From contig JACPBG010000002.1 in the NCBI GenBank assembly GCA_016180435.1, positions 1 through 58,341 of the forward strand: a stretch of DNA of 58,341 nt. The letters are read 5' to 3'. Source of the DNA: Candidatus Sungiibacteriota bacterium. GTDB lineage: Bacteria; Patescibacteriota; Minisyncoccia; Sungbacterales; HO2-52-23. Positions within the stretch are counted from its first letter, which is position 1, and every line of letters begins with the position of its first letter. Positions 52,009 through 58,341 of this stretch are shown here, piece after piece. The translations under genes were made by a program, and so were the position numbers. Below the pieces are notes generated by a model. The model was not told the DNA's origin. It did no database searches and saw only the letters and a program-made list of their open reading frames with translations.

Positions 52009-52330
52009 CCGTCACGTCAAGGAAGCCGGGAGTAGGTGAAGGCTGTCGCAAGACAGTTCAATCTAAACTCGGTGACAGGGACGAAGTCGTAACAAGGCAT
52101 CCCTAGCGGAAGCTGGGGATGGAACAATCTTTTTAGGGTTATATTCGAGCAAAGCATCAAGAAATCCGGATAAAACCGGATACGCTTGGAGAAGGCCCTC
52201 CGTTCTAACAAGAATGCGGTTTTCTCTCGCATTTGCTCACTACCTTAGGTTGATACCGCAATTTTTTGCGGGAATAAGTGTTGATCTCTAACTTTCAAAT
52301 GGAGATCGTGCGGATCCGTCGCTAACGGAT

Positions 52331-52385
52331 CATGTCGGCCGCCCAGTTTTATTGGGCGAGCCTCGCCCCGCAAGGGGCGGGAACA
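52331..52385. repeat. Intergenic copy of the GC-rich element downstream of 16S
   Basis: Core GGGCGAGCCTCGCC at 52354-52367, flanked by gccgccc / ggggcggg. Confidence 0.8.
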
Positions 52386-52405
52386 GCTGGAAGGTTTATT
52401 TATTC

Positions 52406-52558
52406 GGTAATACGCGCTCTGCTCAAGAGTTACGGCGCGGACAAATAATATTCGCTCGGCAATGGGAGCCCTCCGCTACGTGCGCTCGCGGTTTCCCTTA
52501 TTGCCTCGCTCATTTATTTGTTGCCGTGCCTACACCATTTCGCAGAATCGCGTATTAC
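52406..52558. repeat. Long imperfect palindrome, family B (153 nt)
   Basis: ggtaatacgcgctctgc... / ...gcagaatcgcgtattacc; shares ctcaagagttNcggcgcgga with 27958-28200. Confidence 0.75.
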
Positions 52559-52749
52559 CTCGTTTTGAGGTTTCCTTATTGTAGCCGCATTCGCGGCCTA
52601 ATTTTGTCTTTCCATTGTCTGAAATTACAATAGCCGAAACCGTTTTGGACTCGTTTAGGATTTTTCTCAAGGAAGCGCATCCCGCGCTTTTTTGTTTTTC
52701 CAATATTATCGCAGAGTTCCACGGGCTTGCCCGTGGGTATCTATCAAGA

Positions 52750-52781
52750 AAATAAAAAAAATCCGGATGAGAAACCCGGAT
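52750..52781 (-). terminator. Terminator of the small membrane-protein gene
   Basis: tccgg/ccgga stem with T-run on minus strand. Confidence 0.55.
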
Positions 52782-52804
52782 ACTGACTTAAATGAATTAA
52801 ATCA

Positions 52805-53008
52805 TCACTCGTTTTGGTTAGATCCGTGCAGAGAGTTCTTATCTGCATATTTCAAAACAGCCGTTATGCCGAATGTTAGCATGCCTATGAAACCGTATAG
52901 TATTGCCGCTTGGGAAGGCCCAGTAGGTCCTCCGGCTGCCATGCTGTGACCGATTCCCCAGGAAAACGTGAGAGAGCTGATCCACGCCAAGCCAACCAAA
53001 AGTTTCAT
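52805..53008 (-). CDS. Small membrane protein (67 aa)
   Basis: AAAGGGG upstream, two hydrophobic helices, terminator downstream. Confidence 0.5.
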   Translation of the reverse strand: MKLLVGLAWISSLTFSWGIGHSMAAGGPTGPSQAAILYGFIGMLTFGITAVLKYADKNSLHGSNQNE

Positions 53009-53140
53009 TTGATCCCCTTTTTCGTTGGTACTGTTAAGAGTATAGCGTAATTAAGAAAATGATCAAGTTGGTTAGTTGTTTGCTTTTTAGATTCTGCGGG
53101 CGTATAGTGATTCTGTTCTTTCCCAATCTGGTTTTGCGTT

Positions 53141-53866
53141 ATGATTAAGTGTTTGATTTGGGACGTGGCCGAAACAATTCTGGCTTATGATTTTCAAGAA
53201 GTTATGGCTAAACTTGCCCGTATTTCAGGAAAAAGTCCGGAAGAGGTTTTACATATTTTCGGCGGGGATTATTCTAATAAGTGTTCGCTCATATACAGTT
53301 TTGATGCCGGCGAGATCGAAACCGAGGAATTTATTGTTGCGGTGCGGGATTTACTTGGGATTGATCACACGGTTCCTTCGGGACTTATTATGGATATGTT
53401 TTATCATTGCCACCGGATGCCGAAAGGAACCGAATCGCTCCTCCGTTTTTTAAGAAAATCATACATTCAGGGAATTGTCTCCAATATGAATCTTTTGCAG
53501 TGGTCATATATAGAGCATGTATTTCCCATTATTTCCGATAAACGCGGCATTATGGATTTTCATCTGCTTTCATTTCGTGAAAAATTAATGAAGCCGGACC
53601 TAAAAATTTATGAGCATGCATTTCGGCGCGCCTATGACGCATACGAGACACGGAAAAACGGTTCGCTTCATTGCGAACTTAAACGCTCCAATTGTCTTTT
53701 TTTGGATGATCGGGAAGAAAATATTACGGGAGCGTTGGATTTCGGATTTCGGGCGGTTTGCGTTCAACCGGCAAGTAAAGTCGGATACTGCGGAATTTTT
53801 GAGGCATTGCGGCGGGAGGGAATAGCTGTTCCGCTATCGCGGAGCGGACATCGCAAAAGACATTAA
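53141..53866 (+). CDS. HAD-superfamily hydrolase-like protein
   Basis: N-terminal IWDVAETIL and C-terminal LFLDDREENI motifs resemble HAD motifs I and IV. Confidence 0.6.
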   Translation: MIKCLIWDVAETILAYDFQEVMAKLARISGKSPEEVLHIFGGDYSNKCSLIYSFDAGEIETEEFIVAVRDLLGIDHTVPSGLIMDMFYHCHRMPKGTESLLRFLRKSYIQGIVSNMNLLQWSYIEHVFPIISDKRGIMDFHLLSFREKLMKPDLKIYEHAFRRAYDAYETRKNGSLHCELKRSNCLFLDDREENITGALDFGFRAVCVQPASKVGYCGIFEALRREGIAVPLSRSGHRKRH

Positions 53867-53925
53867 CGCCCCGCTTTACAACGGGGATTTTTTTTCATTT
53901 TAAAAAACACCGATGGAAGTCGGTG

Positions 53926-54108
53926 CTATTGTTTTTTGCGATAAGCGCTTAAAAGATTCCTAAGCTGCTTGACGCGTTTACGTTCTTGGCGCAATTCGCC
54001 ATCGAATCTTCTGGAGATTAAACGACGCCACCAATCTGTTTCTTTGATGCACAAAATAATGATGGCGGCGAGGACAACTAAAGGTATCAGCGAAATCACG
54101 GTCTGCAT
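53926..54108 (-). CDS. Small membrane protein (60 aa)
   Basis: N-terminal TM helix, basic tail; hairpin + T-run downstream on minus strand. Confidence 0.4.
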   Translation of the reverse strand: MQTVISLIPLVVLAAIIILCIKETDWWRRLISRRFDGELRQERKRVKQLRNLLSAYRKKQ

Positions 54109-54195
54109 TTTTTAGTTCCTTTTAAGGACTTAAATTATTGTAGCATGTGAACATAAATTATGCTATAACATCCGTATGTTCTTTGAAAAATAGCG

Positions 54196-54855
54196 GTGTG
54201 TGTTATGCAAGAAAAAAAGCGGGTGTTTTGGGATATGGGAGGGGTGCTGAATAGGTTTGTTGCCGATGAATTCCTTGCCAATTTGGCGGATTTATTTCGG
54301 ATTGATGCGCTGGCAGTTGCTAAGTTCTTTTTGGATGGAGATCCAGCGTTATGGCATCGGATGGAGGGCGAGCCGGATTTTGACGGCCGAAAAATTTATG
54401 AATGTTTTATCAAACAGTTTGGACTTTCGCCGCCGCTCCGTGCTTTTTACCGGAATTTCAATACCGGGATTGTTCCCATGGAACATGAAGCAGAACTTCT
54501 GGTTTTGATGGCGGACTTGGCGCAATCCGGGGTATGTCAGGGCATAATTTCGAATATCAATTCAATCCATGCGCGTTATGTCATTAGAAATTATCAGCAA
54601 TTTTTCCGGCACATCAAGCCCCGTATGAGATTTTTCTCATATCGGATCGGGGTTCGTAAGAGCAGGTCGCCGGACGCATTTAAGAAGGTATTCGAATTTT
54701 CCAAATCAGGCCCCGTGTCTTCTTTTTTGATTGATGACAGGGATTCAAACGTTGAGGGATTCTGCAAAGCTGGCGGGACGGGAATTTTTTTCCATAGTGT
54801 TAATGAAACCCGGTATTGGCTGGAACATTACGGAGTACTGGGAGATCATAAATAA
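54196..54855 (+). CDS. HAD-superfamily hydrolase-like protein
   Basis: VFWDMGGVL motif I-like and FLIDDRDSNVEG motif IV-like. Confidence 0.6.
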   Translation: MCVMQEKKRVFWDMGGVLNRFVADEFLANLADLFRIDALAVAKFFLDGDPALWHRMEGEPDFDGRKIYECFIKQFGLSPPLRAFYRNFNTGIVPMEHEAELLVLMADLAQSGVCQGIISNINSIHARYVIRNYQQFFRHIKPRMRFFSYRIGVRKSRSPDAFKKVFEFSKSGPVSSFLIDDRDSNVEGFCKAGGTGIFFHSVNETRYWLEHYGVLGDHK

Positions 54856-54953
54856 GTATTTGCGCAGTAATTGATTACTGCGTATTTATTTTATACGATG
54901 TAAGAGTTGAAAGGTCGAAGGCCCTTTATTAGTTTAAATTGATAAATGTACCT

Positions 54954-55553
54954 ATGAATAAAAAATTAGCAATTATTGCGGCGATATCTTGCCTATTTAT
55001 TATAGGCGGAGTTTTTATGGCGAGTGCAAAAGACGACGGAGATGATGATAATGGTATAGGCCACAAAATAGAAAAAGCGGTGGAAAGCGTTGAAAAGCAT
55101 CTGAATCGCCTGCTTGAAGTAAAAGACAAGGTTTCGGATCATGATTTGAAAGAGGGTCGTTCCGGTACAAGTGTTTTAATCAACCCTGCGGGACAGGCGC
55201 GCATCACCCACGGCGAAATTGTATCAATCGCATCTTCCGGCGCTACCTTTACGGTTAAGCTTTGGGGCAAAGAGTGGCTGGTTATGACAAATTCCGATAC
55301 TAAATTTGTCGGAGCCGGAAAAGAGGTTTCATTCGGATCACTCGCGGTTGGCCATAAAGTCGATGTGTCGGGATCCATGATGACCGAATCCGGACATGAG
55401 GGACATATTATGTCGCGTCTCGTGCGCGATCGCTCGTTGGTCTCGGAAGCTAACACCGCACGGATTGAGGAGTTGAAAAAGAAAATTCAGGAACTTATGG
55501 ATCGTTTGAATAAACTTTTACAGAGCGTGGGCGCCACTTCTACAAGTCCGTAA
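54954..55553 (+). CDS. Secreted/anchored hypothetical protein with C-terminal coiled coil
   Basis: Signal anchor MNKKLAIIAAISCLFIIGGVFMASA. Confidence 0.55.
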   Translation: MNKKLAIIAAISCLFIIGGVFMASAKDDGDDDNGIGHKIEKAVESVEKHLNRLLEVKDKVSDHDLKEGRSGTSVLINPAGQARITHGEIVSIASSGATFTVKLWGKEWLVMTNSDTKFVGAGKEVSFGSLAVGHKVDVSGSMMTESGHEGHIMSRLVRDRSLVSEANTARIEELKKKIQELMDRLNKLLQSVGATSTSP

Positions 55554-55571
55554 ATTCTGAAAAATATATGT

Positions 55572-55600
55572 AAAACACCCCGCATAATGCGGGGTGTTTT
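55572..55600. terminator. Bidirectional terminator
   Basis: aacaccccgc-ataat-gcggggtgtt flanked by AAAA and TTTT. Confidence 0.8.
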
Positions 55601-55610
55601 ATTATATTAA

Positions 55611-55640
55611 TGGGTGTGCCAGGGATTGAACCCCGCACTA
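55611..55640 (-). pseudogene. tRNA 3'-end-like fragment (T arm + acceptor strand CACACCC-A)
   Basis: Minus strand reads CGGGG-TTCAATC-CCTGG-CACACCC-A; no matching 5' half within normal tRNA distance. Confidence 0.4.
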
Positions 55641-55808
55641 CAATTTCGACTGTTGCTACTTCATCATTCGGCAAAAGGAAATTATACTTTTCGTTTTGGT
55701 GTTGATCTCGCCCGCTCATTCGGGGCAACACGATAAAGTTGAAATTGAGTGACGGGGCAGGCCTATGACCTCGTCATTATCAGCTTGTCCCCCACTAACT
55801 GAATTATA

Positions 55809-55879
55809 TGGGCACGGATGGAATTAAACCATCGGCCTAGTAATTATCAGTTACGCGCTCTATTCACCCTCCCACCTTT
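55809..55879 (-). pseudogene. tRNA-Ile(GAU)-like 3' piece preceded by a GC-rich 13-mer tag
   Basis: Minus strand: AAAGGTGGGAGGG-TGAATA-GAGC-G-CGTAA-CTGATAA-TTACT-AGGCC-GATGG-TTTAATT-CCATC-CGTGCCC-A. Confidence 0.45.
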
Positions 55880-55886
55880 CATGATT

Positions 55887-55924
55887 TGGGTGTACTAGGG
55901 ATTGAACCTAGGACCTCGTCATTA
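55887..55924 (-). pseudogene. tRNA-Ile-like 3' piece (from the anticodon loop to acceptor TACACCC-A)
   Basis: Minus strand: TAATGACG-AGGTC-CTAGG-TTCAATC-CCTAG-TACACCC-A. Matching 5' strand GGGTGTA lies inside 55950-56051. Confidence 0.45.
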
Positions 55925-55949
55925 CTTGCCCCGTACCAAAATATGCGAT

Positions 55950-56051
55950 TGCGCGCACTAGGGATCGAACCTAGGACCTCGTCATTATCAGTGACGCGCT
56001 CTGAGCTATACACCCGTAAAAAGGTGGGAGGGCCAGCTGAGCTATGCGCGC
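55950..56051 (-). tRNA. tRNA-Ile(GAU)-like gene with a 37-nt D loop (about 28-nt insertion)
   Basis: GCGCGCA/TGCGCGC acceptor, GCTC/GAGC D stem, CGTCA-CTGATAA-TGACG anticodon arm, CTAGG-TTCGATC-CCTAG T arm; function uncertain. Confidence 0.5.
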
Positions 56052-56205
56052 TTGAAAGCCACAATAAATAGTGTAGATGAAAATTAGTAATATTGCAACT
56101 TAAAAAACGCGGTTCGGTTAAAATTGGATCAAGGTGGAAGGATATACTGGGTGTGCATAACCTGTTGGTTGATTTTTATTAATTTTTAAGCTAATTTAGT
56201 TGAAT

Positions 56206-56364
56206 ATGGCAGATACAGCTTATTGCGTTAAGTGCCGCGAAAAGCGCGACATGAAAGACGGCAAAGAGGTTTCAATGCCGGGCAAGGGCGGCGAGCGCCG
56301 CGCCCTGACCGGTACCTGCGCTGTCTGCGGCACGAAAATGTTTAAAATATTAGGAAAGAAATAA
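56206..56364 (+). CDS. Small zinc-ribbon protein (DUF5679-like), 52 aa
   Basis: MADTAYCVKCREKRDMKDGKEV...GTCAVCGTKMFKILGKK, two CxxC pairs; below ORF-track cutoff. Confidence 0.5.
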   Translation: MADTAYCVKCREKRDMKDGKEVSMPGKGGERRALTGTCAVCGTKMFKILGKK

Positions 56365-56567
56365 GCCACGGAGCTTTTTCTTTTCATTACCCCGGCGGTC
56401 GATCGGCGGGTTAAAAATTTAATAATTTTTATGGTGTAAGAGTATCATTCTGCGCAAGTTTTGCGTAAGGTTTTGCGTCTGTTTCGCGATGGGAAAATGT
56501 ACCGTCAAACCGGCTCAAAACAAAACGCTAAACATACGCAAGATACTGGATAAACCAATTTAAATAT

Positions 56568-56849
56568 ATGGCAAAAATGTCGAAGTCCGAGGTCCTGAAT
56601 GCCCTTGCGGAAAAAACAGGACTTAAGAGAAAAGAGGTCGCATCCGTTATAGAAAATATGATTGAACTGGCTTACAAGCAGGTAAAGTCCAGCGGCGAAT
56701 TTCCGATCCATGGATTAGGAAAGTTTGTTAAGGTCCATCGGAAAGAGCGGATGGGCCGCAATCCGGCAACCGGCGCATCTATTAAGATTCCGGCCAAGAC
56801 CGTAGTAAAATTCCGGGTGGCAAAGGCGGCCAAGGAAGCCGTGCTTTAA
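56568..56849 (+). CDS. hup: DNA-binding protein HU
   Basis: HU/IHF pattern ...GFGKF-like GLGKFVKVHRKERMGRNPATG...VKFRVAK. Confidence 0.9.
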   Translation: MAKMSKSEVLNALAEKTGLKRKEVASVIENMIELAYKQVKSSGEFPIHGLGKFVKVHRKERMGRNPATGASIKIPAKTVVKFRVAKAAKEAVL

Positions 56850-56870
56850 TCCAAAAGAAATATTTCAAAT

Positions 56871-56900
56871 CAAAATCTCCGGCATATGCCGGAGATTTTG
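56871..56900. terminator. Bidirectional terminator
   Basis: Perfect palindrome aaaatctccggcat/atgccggagatttt. Confidence 0.8.
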
Positions 56901-56908
56901 ATTGCCAT

Positions 56909-57190
56909 CTATGGAGCAATTTCAACTCCGCGCCAGAATGCGAATCGTCCTTTGATTTGTTTGGCCGCTTCCGTCGGTTCCGGATAGACCCAGGCGGCAT
57001 CCTCGTTAATCTCACCATCAACCACGACGTTATAATAATCCGCCACTCCTTTCCAATGGCACTTGTAGGTTCTGCCGCTTTTTTGCAGATATTCCATCTT
57101 AACCGACTCCGGGGGAAAATAGTGATTATTTTCCACTATTATCGTATTATTACTCTCGGCAATTGTTTTATTTCTCCATGTGGTTCGCAT
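56909..57190 (-). CDS. DUF427 domain protein
   Basis: WRNKTIAES...VENNHYFPPESV...CHWKGVADYYNV...AAWVYPEP pattern. Confidence 0.75.
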   Translation of the reverse strand: MRTTWRNKTIAESNNTIIVENNHYFPPESVKMEYLQKSGRTYKCHWKGVADYYNVVVDGEINEDAAWVYPEPTEAAKQIKGRFAFWRGVEIAP

Positions 57191-57285
57191 GCCTAATATT
57201 ATACTCTTGGTTGGTTGTATTTACAAAAAAATGTATCCATGCTAAGCTCCAAACGGTACTTTTATTTGGAAGTAAGGAGCATAAA

Positions 57286-58176
57286 ATGAGCCTATTGGAA
57301 AAATTAGTGCAAGAGCATCCGCTTTCCGCGGATATGGAAAGTGCCGAAACAATTGAAGCTAAACAGGCGGTTTTGGATACCATCACGCCTGACGTTATGC
57401 GGCAACTTGAATCGCAGCCGCATGAAATATGCCATCATATGGCCGCGGTTTACACCAAGACCGTTGATGAATACCTGAAAACCAAGCACAATCGGGATAT
57501 CATTGACGAATTGGCGCCTTTCATGGATATGCTGCCCAACGGCGCGGGCGTGTTGGATGTGGGATGCGGACCCGGCCGGGATACACTTTTTATGTCGGTA
57601 GCCGATCAAAATTTCCGCCTGGATTGGATGGGCCGGGAGCGTGATGGAAAAACCACGCGCGAAAAGTATGCTGTTCCGAAAAAGGTCTTTAAGGTTGTCG
57701 GAATTGATGTGTCCGAAGGCATGCTGGAACGGGCAAATAAGAGGCGGTTGGCGCTTGAAGATTTACTCCTTTTAGATCCTTTTGAAGTATATCCGTTTTT
57801 TCTTTACGCGGATATGCATGCCTTTGTGGGCGGAATGTTACAAGGTTTTGACGGCATCTGGTCATGTACTTCTTTGTTCACACATACGCCGTATGGTTTG
57901 CTGGAGACCGCAATGAATTCGGTATCCCAGGCTTTGAAATCCGGAGGAATCTTCTTTGCCAGCTACACCAACGGGCGCGGTGGAAAGTACGATAACTTAA
58001 GAGTTTCCAGAACCGGCGAGATAAAATATTTCTCCCAGCCGGATCCGGATGAAATAAAAGCGCTTGCCGGAAAATTCGGCTTAATTCTGACCCAGGAGTC
58101 ATTTAGTGACTTTGAGTTGAATGGCAAGGTGATCAAAAAGGATCTTTTTGCCTCGCAATTTTTCCGCAAAGAATAG
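57286..58176 (+). CDS. Class I SAM-dependent methyltransferase
   Basis: VLDVGCGPGRD motif I; AAGGAG upstream of the internal Met. Confidence 0.8.
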   Translation: MSLLEKLVQEHPLSADMESAETIEAKQAVLDTITPDVMRQLESQPHEICHHMAAVYTKTVDEYLKTKHNRDIIDELAPFMDMLPNGAGVLDVGCGPGRDTLFMSVADQNFRLDWMGRERDGKTTREKYAVPKKVFKVVGIDVSEGMLERANKRRLALEDLLLLDPFEVYPFFLYADMHAFVGGMLQGFDGIWSCTSLFTHTPYGLLETAMNSVSQALKSGGIFFASYTNGRGGKYDNLRVSRTGEIKYFSQPDPDEIKALAGKFGLILTQESFSDFELNGKVIKKDLFASQFFRKE

Positions 58177-58182
58177 CGTTTA

Positions 58183-58208
58183 AGTTCCATTTAATGTGGA
58201 ACTTTTTT
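58183..58208 (+). terminator. Terminator
   Basis: gttcca-tttaatg-tggaac plus TTTTTT. Confidence 0.7.
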
Positions 58209-58221
58209 AATCCAGCAAATT

Positions 58222-58247
58222 AAAAAAGGATGTCAAGCATCCTTTTA
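58222..58247. terminator. Bidirectional terminator
   Basis: aggatg-tcaag-catcct flanked by A-run and T-run. Confidence 0.65.
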
Positions 58248-58269
58248 TTCAAGTTTGGTAAGGAAAACC

Positions 58270-58341
58270 TTATGTATTACTTTGTTTTTGTCCCCGAAAT
58301 TTTCTAGCGGCTCGCAAGTAATTTGTATTTCCACGGTCACG
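58270..58341 (-). CDS. 3' end of an unidentified gene (partial)
   Basis: Minus-strand frame open from window edge to TAA (58270-58272), terminator downstream. Confidence 0.3.
   Translation of the reverse strand, partial: RDRGNTNYLRAARKFRGQKQSNT

Noticed and set aside
52136-53140. Expected 16S-23S spacer tRNAs and a 23S gene downstream of 16S.
   Set aside because: Only repeat elements, a small minus-strand membrane-protein gene and a HAD-like gene follow. No 23S-like conserved blocks were recognised.
55879-56071. Two 61-aa ORFs on opposite strands over the tRNA-like cluster.
   Set aside because: They are made of repeated tRNA T-arm sequence (LGIEPRTSSL twice). They are not coding.

Overview
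Moderate-GC chromosomal window, standard genetic code, with densely packed short genes on both strands. The gene content suggests a Candidate Phyla Radiation / Patescibacteria (Parcubacteria-like) bacterium; this is an inference, not a database result.

Housekeeping genes recognised:
- ychF, two PMM/PGM paralogs, rmuC, rplU, murJ, lepA, gdhA, miaA, thrS, dnaE
- rnhB, rpmF, nusB, rnc, cutA, a hinge-less smc, rpsP-KH-trmD
- a GH1 glucosidase, DUF885, HU
- a RelE-type toxin-antitoxin pair, secreted HExxH proteins and many small hypotheticals

The unusual content is mostly non-coding structure:
1. A stand-alone 16S rRNA gene is stretched to about 4.8 kb by at least seven insertions. Two of them are tandem LAGLIDADG-encoding introns apparently separated by an 8-nt micro-exon in the 1400 decoding region.
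2. Several families of short hairpin elements are inserted in frame into conserved housekeeping genes (rplU, lepA, miaA, rnhB, cutA, smc, trmD, GH1 and others), and also into 16S rRNA and intergenic DNA. The families are a GC-rich GGGCGAGCCTCGCC-core element, AT-rich degenerate heptamer-repeat hairpins, and perfect CCTCC/GGAGG palindromes. This resembles Rickettsia palindromic elements. Two insertions carry 25-27 bp flanking duplications whose differences are mostly synonymous.
3. A 66-nt hairpin, 65/66 identical between copies, sits directly upstream of the start codons of dnaE and RNase III.
4. Intergenic DNA holds 150-300 nt imperfect long palindromes.
5. A cluster of interleaved tRNA-Ile(GAU) pieces carries complementary GC-rich tags where a normal tRNA gene would be expected.

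No CRISPR array, transposase, integrase or phage genes were seen.
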